A stretch of DNA of 64,000 nucleotides, from positions 1-64,000 of the forward strand of contig JBHLRS010000014.1 in the NCBI GenBank assembly GCA_048882325.1, read 5' to 3'. Shown in pieces: positions 9,797 through 18,694 of the stretch. The notes beneath the pieces are model-generated. The model did not search any database. It saw only the letters and a program-made list of their open reading frames with translations, and was not told the origin of the DNA. Origin of the DNA: Candidatus Thorarchaeota archaeon (GTDB lineage: Archaea; Asgardarchaeota; Thorarchaeia; Thorarchaeales; Thorarchaeaceae). Position numbers and translations under genes: made by a program. Position 1 is the stretch's first letter. Each line of letters begins with the position of its first letter.

Positions 9797-11149
9797 TTGA
9801 AGAGACCAGATGTTGTAGTTGTTGGTGCAGGTTCAGCCGGCTGTGTTACTGCGAGAAGATGTGCAGAACTTGGTCTAATGACTCTTCTTTTGGATAGAAA
9901 ACCCAAGCAAGAAGTTGGAAACAAAGTATGTGGAGATGAAGTAAGCAGAGCTCACTTCGAGGCAACTGGAATTGATTATCCAGAGGGTGATGAAATATCC
10001 TCCGCAATAGCTGGAGCTGATGTCTATCCCCCAAGTAGAAAGAACGAACTGAAAGTGAGAGGATGGGCTGAGTTTGATGGTTGGACTGTGAACAGACTCA
10101 AATGGGGACAACGACTTCTCAATGATGCAATCACTGCTGGCGCGAAGTTCATGCCAAACATACATGTCGGAAGTCCAATTATACTTGGAGACCAAGTCAC
10201 AGGAGTTGAGTATAAAGACCTCAAATCAGGGGAAGAGGTCATTGTCAAGAGTAAGATTGTCGTAGACGCCAGTGGATTTGCTGCTGTCATTAGAAACAAG
10301 CTCGATAGCCCCTTAATTGAGAATGATATTGACAAGGGAGATATAGCGCTCTGCTACAGAGAGATTCTAACTCTCAAGATGCCGATGGCTGAACCAGAAG
10401 TTGCACGTGTCTTTCTTGGTGGAGAGATTGCACCTCAAGGGTATGCGTGGATATTTCCAAAGGGAGTCCAAGAGGTCAATGCAGGCGTTGGAATCACTGG
10501 AGGTGGAGGGAGAGGGTCTCCAAAATCGTACTTCATGGGGTTCAAGAAAAAGTATCCCTTATTCTATGGTAGTGAACTGATAGACGGGAAAGGTGGAGCT
10601 GTACCCGTACGGAGACCGCTGAAAAGTCTGGTTGGATCTGGTGTCGCCTTTGTTGGAGATTCCGCTCTTCAGGTCAATCCTATACATGGAGGTGGGATTG
10701 GTGCAGGTATGAGAGCAGGGATTATTCTTGGAGAGGTTGTGAGAGAAGCAATAGCAAGAAGAGACCTATCAGCAACGGGTCTTTGGTCTTATAACACTCG
10801 GTATCTTCCAAATTTCGGAAAGAGATTAGCGTCCCTTGAAATCTTTCGAAGACTCCTTCAAGCTGTTTCTGATGAGGACATGAACTTTGGATTTGAAAAG
10901 AGACTTCTCGAAGCAAATGATCTTATGGCTGCAAATCGAGGTGACGGAATCTCACTCAGTATATCTGATAAGCTGAAGAGAGCAAAAAGAGGTGCTGGTC
11001 GGATTTCCCTTCTCAGGAAGCTTCAGAAGGCTGCAGGCTTGATGAAAAAGATGAACAAGACGTATAGTGCCTATCCAAACAATCCAGATAGACTTGACAA
11101 CTGGGAAAAGATAGTTGTAGGAATTATGGAATCAGCCAAGTTCGAATAA
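9797..11149 (+). CDS. geranylgeranyl reductase family protein (DGGGPL reductase-like)
   Basis: GAGSAG FAD motif, KVCGD, GYAWIFPKG, GDSA..VNPIHGGGI. Confidence 0.9.
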   Translation: MKRPDVVVVGAGSAGCVTARRCAELGLMTLLLDRKPKQEVGNKVCGDEVSRAHFEATGIDYPEGDEISSAIAGADVYPPSRKNELKVRGWAEFDGWTVNRLKWGQRLLNDAITAGAKFMPNIHVGSPIILGDQVTGVEYKDLKSGEEVIVKSKIVVDASGFAAVIRNKLDSPLIENDIDKGDIALCYREILTLKMPMAEPEVARVFLGGEIAPQGYAWIFPKGVQEVNAGVGITGGGGRGSPKSYFMGFKKKYPLFYGSELIDGKGGAVPVRRPLKSLVGSGVAFVGDSALQVNPIHGGGIGAGMRAGIILGEVVREAIARRDLSATGLWSYNTRYLPNFGKRLASLEIFRRLLQAVSDEDMNFGFEKRLLEANDLMAANRGDGISLSISDKLKRAKRGAGRISLLRKLQKAAGLMKKMNKTYSAYPNNPDRLDNWEKIVVGIMESAKFE

Positions 11150-11156
11150 AGAATGA

Positions 11157-11179
11157 TGATGGTCTTTTTCAGACCATCA
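11157..11179. terminator. hairpin between convergent GGR and radA genes
   Basis: TGATGGTCT-TTTTC-AGACCATCA, 9-bp perfect stem. Confidence 0.55.
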
Positions 11180-11198
11180 ACATCTCGGGTTTCAATAA

Positions 11199-12257
11199 TT
11201 ACACGTCACGGATGCCTTCTTTCACAACTGTGAAGACGGCTTCTCCTTCTGGTAGATTTGGTGAGTCAACAAGACGACAAATCCTCCGCTCACCCTTAGA
11301 TTTCCTGAGATAACACCGAGTCTGTGGAACGTGTGCAAGTACGTGTCCGCCCACAGGGGCTGTTGGATCCCCAAAGAATGCATCGGGACGTGACATCACT
11401 TGGTTTGTTATGTACACAGCCATATTGTTAATCTCTGCACCTCTTTGCAAATGATGCAGGTGCTTGTTCAACTTCTGTTGTCGAGCTGCAAGTGTTCCTC
11501 TTCCTGTATACTCAGCTCGAAAATGACTTGTGACTGAGTCAACTATCAACAACTTAGCATTGTGCTCAGTTGCCATCTCCATTGCTTGGTCGCACAGGAG
11601 TATCTGATGGTCCGAGTTATATGCTCGCGCCCATACAACATTCTTCAAAACTTTAGCTGTGTCCATTCCAAAGGCTTCAGCCATATCAACCAGGCGTTCT
11701 GGTCTGAACGTACCCTCTGTATCAACATAGATTGCTTTAGCATCCAACCCACCTTCTTCTGCAGATCGCTGAACCATCACAGCTAGTTGGTGAGCAATCT
11801 GTGTCTTTCCGGACCTAAACGAACCGTACATCTCAGTGATTGCCTGAGTTTCAATCCCTCCACCAAATAGCTCATCTAGTGCCTTCGACCCTGTTGAGAT
11901 GCGACCTGCTGTCCTCCTTCGTTCTAAAAGAAGATCAGCGGTTTCAAAACCAATCTCCAGCATCTCGCGGGCCGCTTTGATAATCTTGGTAGCTGTGGTT
12001 TCGCCTATTGAACCAGCCGCAGCAAGTTCACCAGGAGATGCAACAGCAATTGCTTCAACATTCTTGTAGCCCGATTCGGCTAGTCGCTTTCCAATTGCTG
12101 GACCTACGCCAGGAAGATCAGTGACTTCAATTCCTGAAACACTGCTATCGTCGCCTCCGACTTCTACAGGTTCAGTATCAGCATCTTGACCTTCAAACTC
12201 TTCATAGTCCATTTCCTCGTCGTCTGTATTCTCATCTGCTGCCTTCTTTGGTGACAA
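11199..12257 (-). CDS. radA: DNA repair and recombination protein RadA
   Basis: HhH N-domain, Walker [37 protein letters not shown] start behind GGAGG; acidic N-terminal tail. Confidence 0.97.
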   Translation of the reverse strand: MSPKKAADENTDDEEMDYEEFEGQDADTEPVEVGGDDSSVSGIEVTDLPGVGPAIGKRLAESGYKNVEAIAVASPGELAAAGSIGETTATKIIKAAREMLEIGFETADLLLERRRTAGRISTGSKALDELFGGGIETQAITEMYGSFRSGKTQIAHQLAVMVQRSAEEGGLDAKAIYVDTEGTFRPERLVDMAEAFGMDTAKVLKNVVWARAYNSDHQILLCDQAMEMATEHNAKLLIVDSVTSHFRAEYTGRGTLAARQQKLNKHLHHLQRGAEINNMAVYITNQVMSRPDAFFGDPTAPVGGHVLAHVPQTRCYLRKSKGERRICRLVDSPNLPEGEAVFTVVKEGIRDV

Positions 12258-12472
12258 GTAGAAGACCTCCCTATATCACCCAACTTCTAGCTTTGAACTT
12301 TGTTAGGTATGTAGACATGATAGTGTCAATTCACTCAGTATAAAAATAGCACTAGTGGACAAACCGAGTGAGGGGGCTTTAACGTTTCTAGAATGGAAAG
12401 CTCTCCGAATTGCTACTAAACTATGAAAAGGTGGCAAAGCAGATGTATCTGAAGCAGACAAAAAATTTTGGT

Positions 12473-12799
12473 CTATCCTCGAGTCAAGGTGACGAGAATG
12501 AATTCCTCTTGCGGTGCGATTCGAATACCACCCATGTTTGTCTGGATTTGGATGAACGCCAATTCGCCACCTTCCTTCACACCCTTGACAATCTCCCAGG
12601 TCTTACCAATCAATGCGCTAAGAAGAGCTGAGATCTCTTCAGCCCTCTCAAGTGTCACACCCCATGTATTGATGGGGAACCCCTCAGGACTGATGAAAAG
12701 TGCGGCATAGACATCTGGAAACTTACTTGTAATATTCTGAATAATCCTCTCGAAAATCTCACGCTTTGGCATCGCTGGCATGTTTTTGTACACATCCAT
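12473..12799 (-). CDS. roadblock/LC7 (LAMTOR/MglB-like) domain protein
   Basis: Pattern alpha-VYAALFISPEGFPI-alpha(EEISALLSAL)-beta-beta-beta. Start may be a few codons later. Confidence 0.8.
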   Translation of the reverse strand: MDVYKNMPAMPKREIFERIIQNITSKFPDVYAALFISPEGFPINTWGVTLERAEEISALLSALIGKTWEIVKGVKEGGELAFIQIQTNMGGIRIAPQEEFILVTLTRG

Positions 12800-12907
12800 A
12801 GCAGGTTCTGGGTGTTCTGGTATCTCAAAGGTGTTAAATGGACAAAGAAAAAGCTTGTTGTCATTAACCAGTTGCTCCGAGGCGAGATTGTAGTGGAAGA
12901 AGAACTC

Positions 12908-13492
12908 ATGTTTCGTATCCTATTCATTGCGATGTACTCGATTTTCGGGATTGTTCGTATTTATTATAGAAGTCAAAATTTAGGAAGAGAGAGTGAAAAA
13001 GAAGAGTCTTTAATGGATGCCCCAACGATCCTCCTTTCATTTGCAATTCTTGGTTTCTTCACCCTGATTTTCTTATACATCTTGCTCCCCACTTGGATTC
13101 TCTGGGCTCATTATGAATTGCATATTCTCGTCCGTTGGTCAGGAATTGCACTGAGCTTGACATCCATTGGGCTCATCATTTGGATTCATCATACACTCGG
13201 AAAGCAATACTCAGCCAAGTTGGAGATTCAGAAGGAGCATGAGTTGATAGACGCTGGACCATACAGAAGAGTAAGGCACCCAATGTATACCGTATTCATT
13301 CTTTTCTCATTAGCAGTTGCAGTGATTTCATCTAACTTACTCATGCTCGGATTTGCAATTTTAATTGCTATTCCCTTTCATTGGATCTCACGAAACGAAG
13401 AACGGATGTTGACTGAAGAGTTTGGTGACAAGTACAGGAACTACATGAAACGCACAGGGAGATTTTTACCTTCGTTGAGAAGAAAAGATTGA
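12908..13492 (+). CDS. isoprenylcysteine carboxyl methyltransferase (ICMT/PEMT) family membrane protein
   Basis: HELIDAGPYRRVRHPMY and EERMLTEEFGDKYRNYMKRTGRFLP. Confidence 0.9.
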   Translation: MFRILFIAMYSIFGIVRIYYRSQNLGRESEKEESLMDAPTILLSFAILGFFTLIFLYILLPTWILWAHYELHILVRWSGIALSLTSIGLIIWIHHTLGKQYSAKLEIQKEHELIDAGPYRRVRHPMYTVFILFSLAVAVISSNLLMLGFAILIAIPFHWISRNEERMLTEEFGDKYRNYMKRTGRFLPSLRRKD

Positions 13493-13523
13493 AGAACGGA
13501 TATAGATGCCCTGAAGTGACCCG

Positions 13524-14156
13524 GTGAACCCTGTGAAATACCATGATGAGCTACTAGAATTGGAAGGCACTGGAGTCACTGCATCAAGAGTGATTTCGAG
13601 AATGACTCCAGCACCGCTCATCAATCTCTATGTTGGAGTCATCTTCTCGATAGCTTCACCAATTGGTCTTGGTCCCTACCTTAATGCCATCACCTCGATT
13701 CTGTTGTGTCTTGCTATAATGGTCATTCTTCCAATCGCGCCAATTGTATTGGAGGCATGGCGCGGAAATGTGGACCTAGATGTTTCAGATAGAGAGAGCA
13801 GAACTAAGTTCTTCATCTTCTCCATGATGTGTGATGTCCTAGCATATGTTGTTTATAGCTACTTTGCGTGTCATATTATGAGCACTCTTGCGGCTACATA
13901 TTTTGCAGTGACTTTAGGAGTTCTGTTGGTAAGTCTGAGATGGAAAATTTCAGTCCACGGAGCTGGGGTAGGGGGACCTGGTGCTGCACTAATCTATGTC
14001 TACGGCCCTATTGCATTGATTGTTGTCGTTGTTTGGGCACTTGTTGTATACTCTAGGATAACATTGAAGCAGCATTCCCTATCCCAATCAATTGGTGGTG
14101 TGTCTATTGCGGCAATCATCTCGTGGGTGACTTATATTGTAATATATATGTCATAA
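13524..14156 (+). CDS. membrane protein, PAP2/phosphoesterase-like
   Basis: Multiple TM helices; WKISVH and SRITLKQH motifs. Confidence 0.6.
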   Translation: MNPVKYHDELLELEGTGVTASRVISRMTPAPLINLYVGVIFSIASPIGLGPYLNAITSILLCLAIMVILPIAPIVLEAWRGNVDLDVSDRESRTKFFIFSMMCDVLAYVVYSYFACHIMSTLAATYFAVTLGVLLVSLRWKISVHGAGVGGPGAALIYVYGPIALIVVVVWALVVYSRITLKQHSLSQSIGGVSIAAIISWVTYIVIYMS

Positions 14157-14252
14157 TGAGTGGAGTGTGCATTCTGTTGTTTTGTACGAAATCAGTTCAT
14201 ATGTGAACTCTGAAATTTCTTACATGTAGCTATAAAACAATCAACTATAGGA

Positions 14253-15527
14253 ATGCCGTTCGAAATGCAGGATCAAGTAATTTGTCCAATTTGCGAGAAA
14301 CGCATTAGAAAAGGATCAACATTCTGCATAGGTTGTGGAAACAAAATGCCTGAGGATTTGCCAATTGCACCACCTGAACCAACACTTGAAGAATCTGAGC
14401 TTTTGGATGAAATTGATAAAATAGATCGTTTGGATGACTCCCTACTAGATGAGTTGCCTACTGAAACACCACCGGTTGTGACAGAAACGGAGGTCTTGCC
14501 TCCAATGGCCGATGATTTACGTTGGGATGAGGAGGATATGCCTGTTCCAACGCCGGAATCAACCATAGAAGAGCCTTCCCTAGCAGAGGATTCAGCGGCT
14601 ACTGCTGCGGCTGCGACTTCCGATGGACCACCTCTATTGCCTATCGGAGACCCAGAACCGCCAGAGAAAACCCCTGAAGGTAGAAGCACCGATATGTCCT
14701 GGGAAGAGGGTGTAGAGGAGATCAAAGTAGGAATGCCCTTCACTGAGATTGAACCTCCTCGGGTCTATGAAGAAGAGATTCCAATTACAACTGAGGAAGC
14801 GCTAGATCACCTATTCCCTGAAGGAGCTCCAAAGGAGATTCGAGAGGAAACAAGAGAGGCTGTCCAGCACCTGTTCCCAGAAGGAAGAGGCACCACAACA
14901 GCTACATTCATCGATGTTGTTGTAGGAAAACCAGATAAGATCGGACTAAAAGGGCCAATTCAAGAATTAGAAACTCCAGCATGCCCGAATTGTGGAATTG
15001 ACCTCTCATCGGATGATTTTCAATACCCACCATATGTCTTTGAAGCAATGGGTAAAGCCAGACTTGATCATGGTGAAGACCTCTTAAAAGAGAATGAACA
15101 CGAAAAGGCGATTGAGTCATTTGAAGTTGCCAAGATGCTCTTTGAAAAAGCTGGAAATGAGAAGGGCGTTGCGGAAAGTACGAAGAGAGTTGATATCGGA
15201 TACGATGCCATGGCGAGATATCACTTCGATCAAGGAGAGAATCATATGAAAGCCAATGAATTCGAATGGGCTGTGGTTCAGTTCAGAAAAGCTAGAGAAC
15301 TCTACATGTTCAGTACTGATGCCAAAAAGAGAGCCCAATGCTCGGAGAGAGTCCGTGAAGCATACGCAGAATGGGGAAAGGACCTTGAGTCACAAGGAGA
15401 CCAACTTGCGAAACAAGGAGACACTCGTGATGCTTTAGCTAAGTATCAAGAAGCGGCTGCAAAGTATCGAGAGGGCGATATGAGCAAGAAACTCAAGGGC
15501 CTAGAGAAGAAGATTAGGAAGGCGTAG
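14253..15527 (+). CDS. zinc-ribbon, acidic Pro-rich linker and TPR-like repeat protein
   Basis: CPIC..CIGC, CPNC, C-terminal TPR-like helices (HEKAIESFEVAK, FEWAVVQFRKAR, TRDALAKYQEAA). Confidence 0.8.
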   Translation: MPFEMQDQVICPICEKRIRKGSTFCIGCGNKMPEDLPIAPPEPTLEESELLDEIDKIDRLDDSLLDELPTETPPVVTETEVLPPMADDLRWDEEDMPVPTPESTIEEPSLAEDSAATAAAATSDGPPLLPIGDPEPPEKTPEGRSTDMSWEEGVEEIKVGMPFTEIEPPRVYEEEIPITTEEALDHLFPEGAPKEIREETREAVQHLFPEGRGTTTATFIDVVVGKPDKIGLKGPIQELETPACPNCGIDLSSDDFQYPPYVFEAMGKARLDHGEDLLKENEHEKAIESFEVAKMLFEKAGNEKGVAESTKRVDIGYDAMARYHFDQGENHMKANEFEWAVVQFRKARELYMFSTDAKKRAQCSERVREAYAEWGKDLESQGDQLAKQGDTRDALAKYQEAAAKYREGDMSKKLKGLEKKIRKA

Positions 15528-15530
15528 AAA

Positions 15531-16448
15531 TTACACCGTTCGCGGCTTGAATCCTGTGAGCCTCAAGATATTATCTCTAAAGATTAAGTCAACATCCTCT
15601 TGCGTGTAGTTGAACTTGGGTAGAAGTGATTTCACTGCATTGTATTGTTCTTCAAGGATATTGTACCTGAAACCTCGGGGAAAGAATGAGGAATCGGTTC
15701 CGAAGACGACCCTGCATGAAGCTCCAGCAGTGAGTGCTCTATCAAAGATTCTAGTGATGTTGAGATCAACAGCCTGATAGTTCATCCACATGTTACTTCC
15801 ACTTGTGTCCATGACCACATTATGTGTCTGATACATTAGCATCAGAACCTCACGGAAAAAGCCAGCTCCAAAATGAGCAATCATGAAATTCAAGTCAGGA
15901 AAGTCTCTCGCTGGTTTCTGTATGTCCAATGGGTTACCATGGCTGAGGTTTGCTTGATCACCTATGGTGATTCCAAAGTGGAGAATTACCAGCAGATTCT
16001 GATTCTTGGCTTCTTGAAAGACCGGGTAGACACGTTCATCATAGACGTGGAAATCCCATGAACTGGGATAAAGTTTGATTCCTTGAAATCCGTCCCTTCC
16101 CGCTCTCTTCACCATATCTACAGCTTTGTCTTCAGCTGGATTGATATTCGCGTAACCTAGGAAACGACCAGGAAATCTTTTCCTAGTTTCATTGAATTCA
16201 TCCCAGACCTCATCGCCAATCATCATCCCAATTGCTGTTATTCCATATCTATCAAGTTCATCAGCCCACATCTGACCTGCATCCCAGGACTCGTCTGGAA
16301 TTGTGAGCTGACTCATGTCAGTTTGAAAGTTCACTCGATTCTGCATCCTTTCTAACGATACACCACTATCAAGCCATCGCTTGATTGTGTCATACGTGAA
16401 GAAATGTGCATGACTGTCTATCACTTCAGTTCCGACTTTAGAAATCAA
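15531..16448 (-). CDS. amidohydrolase family protein (amidohydro_2)
   Basis: IDSHAH, GIKLYP, VILHFG, IAHFG, VFGTDS. Confidence 0.9.
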   Translation of the reverse strand: MISKVGTEVIDSHAHFFTYDTIKRWLDSGVSLERMQNRVNFQTDMSQLTIPDESWDAGQMWADELDRYGITAIGMMIGDEVWDEFNETRKRFPGRFLGYANINPAEDKAVDMVKRAGRDGFQGIKLYPSSWDFHVYDERVYPVFQEAKNQNLLVILHFGITIGDQANLSHGNPLDIQKPARDFPDLNFMIAHFGAGFFREVLMLMYQTHNVVMDTSGSNMWMNYQAVDLNITRIFDRALTAGASCRVVFGTDSSFFPRGFRYNILEEQYNAVKSLLPKFNYTQEDVDLIFRDNILRLTGFKPRTV

Positions 16449-16537
16449 TTAGCTCTTCCCCTGAAATTCTCAATAGCCATTTTAAGACCCATTCAAACAG
16501 TAATAAGAACTCACTTGTGGTATAGATTCTTACTGAG

Positions 16538-18694
16538 TTAGATCCAATCACCAGTTTCGAGTTTTCTCGGAAGATAATCATCTGTTAGGTACTCGAAGCT
16601 GTGGCTAGCAAATGCTTGAATCTCCGCTTTCTCTTTTAGTTTGAGCATCAGTTCTAGATCTTTTACCCATGGTTCGTTGCGCTTAACGAATGGCTCCTTC
16701 AGCATGTCCTTGACACGCTTGATGTCAGTTGGTTGCATTGGAATCCTAACAGATTTTGGAATCTTATATTCATCCAAATCTCGACTCAACACACCCAAAA
16801 GCTTCAGCTCAGGGGTGGCAATGAAAGGTGATTCGTAGCTCAGCCTCTTACTGCCTCGGAGGAACACAGAGTAAATGTAGTGTCCGTATGGATCAGAGTC
16901 AACAAGTGCAAAAGCAGGAATCTCCAGCTCCTTAACAAGCATTTTGAGGAAAGCTCGTGTGGCAATGTCTCCAGACCCCTTTCCAGTTAATACAATGCAT
17001 GGTTGTCGATTCCAGTACTTAGCTTCTGCAAGTCGCATAACAGCAGCATCCTTCTCAGAAAGAATAATGAACTCTGCATCACTCTCAACAATCTCCAGTT
17101 GGTCAAGGAAAGGAGTAACAGCCCATCCACCAGTTCCCATCTTCGTGAGGTCTATCAAATCGCCACCATCACGGATTGTCACTCTGCCCATAGCTGACCC
17201 ACGTGCTGATGCTACAACATGAATGCTGTCACGTGTAGTCTGAATCATTGAAGCAACATCTTCTATGATCTTGTCACTATACTTCTGTTCCCTGAATAGA
17301 TTCACGTCGCTATAGAAAACCTCTCGTTTCGTGGCATGAAGATTGGACTTAAGAAGATTGAAAACAATCTCCATGACCCGTGCAGTTCTGGTAGCGTCAA
17401 CAACTGAAGCAAGAGAATGATAAGGACGAGAGATAGTTCGCATCCCTAGAAGCAGAAGGTCTCGTATTTCATCCCAGACAATGTTGTCACTAGATCTACT
17501 AGGAATTTCGAAAGCCGGCCTACCACTCATCATTGTTTCATTTAGAATATCTAATGCAGTGTCTACGATGCGTTCAGTCGTGTCATCAGCTGTTAGACTC
17601 ACGACTTCAACAGTTTCAACCAAAGACTCAGGCAATTCACTTGGAACCTTGGGCTCTTCAGCCTCCTTCTCAGCTGTAGCCCAGTTCTCTTTCAATTCGA
17701 CTGCTAGTTCTTCAACAGCCTTAGGCACAGGCAATCCCGATTCCTTCTTGATAGCCTTTGGCTTCTTTTTCCTCGCTGGTGCCATCTTTTTCTTCGCAGG
17801 CTTTTTCTTCTTAGACGGTTTTTCCTTTGGAACAGCTTTCTTTCGAGTCGTCTTTTTGGTTGGCGTCTTTGGAGTTTCTTTCACAGCTTCATCCTTCTTC
17901 GGAGGTGTCTTTGTTTCTTTCATTGGCTTTGCAGCTACTACTACATCTGGTTCTACAGTTAACCTTGCCATTTCCTCTTTGTGAACCAGCTCCTTGGCGG
18001 CGCTGATGATCTTAGCTGCTTTTGCAGAACTTAGTCCATCTACTTTCTTAGCAACATTATTGGGTGATGCTCTCGCTATTCTAGCTACAGAGTCATATCC
18101 AGCCCGTTCCATTGATAAAGCGAGTTTGGATCCCAAACCGGGAACATCGGTAAGGGATAATTTTGGTGGAGTAACTTCATCAACTGATGCTTCAGCTTCT
18201 TCATCGGGTTTTTCAGGTGTCGAGTCTTTCTTCACTAAGTCTTTAGCTGCATCAACAAGCTTCTGAGCACCGGAGTTACTCAAACCCTCGACCTTCTTGG
18301 CGATAGATGCAGATCGCGCACGAGCTATCTTCTCAACTGTTTCATACTTTGCGTTCTTGAGTTTTTCTTCTAACTTTGATCCCACACCAGGTAAATCCTT
18401 CAAGCTGAAAGCACTCACTGGCTCGACAGGAATCTCTTTCTTCTTGGGTGATGTCTTCTTCTTGGACGGGGTCTTCTTCTTGGGGGGTGTCTTCTTTGTG
18501 GTAGTCTTCTTCGTAGTAGACTTCTTCTTTGAAGGAGTCTTTTTCTTTGAGGTAGATGTCTTAGGTTTTGAATCCGTTTTCTTTGTGGACTTCTCTGTGG
18601 ACTTCTTTGACTCTTGATCATCTATTACTTCGCCTAGAGTGGCCTGAACGGTTTCGGTTTTCTTCGCTGACTTCTTTGTCTTTTTCTTGCTCAT
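16538..18694 (-). CDS. top6A: DNA topoisomerase VI subunit A with long Lys-rich, tandem-HhH N-terminal extension
   Basis: TKREVFY (catalytic Tyr), TOPRIM SEKDA...TGKG...DSDPYG, KAEIQA. Overlaps the top6B stop codon. Confidence 0.93.
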   Translation of the reverse strand: MSKKKTKKSAKKTETVQATLGEVIDDQESKKSTEKSTKKTDSKPKTSTSKKKTPSKKKSTTKKTTTKKTPPKKKTPSKKKTSPKKKEIPVEPVSAFSLKDLPGVGSKLEEKLKNAKYETVEKIARARSASIAKKVEGLSNSGAQKLVDAAKDLVKKDSTPEKPDEEAEASVDEVTPPKLSLTDVPGLGSKLALSMERAGYDSVARIARASPNNVAKKVDGLSSAKAAKIISAAKELVHKEEMARLTVEPDVVVAAKPMKETKTPPKKDEAVKETPKTPTKKTTRKKAVPKEKPSKKKKPAKKKMAPARKKKPKAIKKESGLPVPKAVEELAVELKENWATAEKEAEEPKVPSELPESLVETVEVVSLTADDTTERIVDTALDILNETMMSGRPAFEIPSRSSDNIVWDEIRDLLLLGMRTISRPYHSLASVVDATRTARVMEIVFNLLKSNLHATKREVFYSDVNLFREQKYSDKIIEDVASMIQTTRDSIHVVASARGSAMGRVTIRDGGDLIDLTKMGTGGWAVTPFLDQLEIVESDAEFIILSEKDAAVMRLAEAKYWNRQPCIVLTGKGSGDIATRAFLKMLVKELEIPAFALVDSDPYGHYIYSVFLRGSKRLSYESPFIATPELKLLGVLSRDLDEYKIPKSVRIPMQPTDIKRVKDMLKEPFVKRNEPWVKDLELMLKLKEKAEIQAFASHSFEYLTDDYLPRKLETGDWI

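Noticed and set aside
12908-13492. ICMT acting on prenylated Rab-like GTPases
   Set aside because: Both GTPases lack C-terminal Cys motifs (they end GPLM and FKLGV), and this methyltransferase family is widespread in prokaryotes.
17481-18617. Phe/Val-rich plus-strand ORFs opposite top6A and the Gly/Ala-rich ORF at 6471-6776
   Set aside because: Antisense shadows of low-complexity coding sequence.
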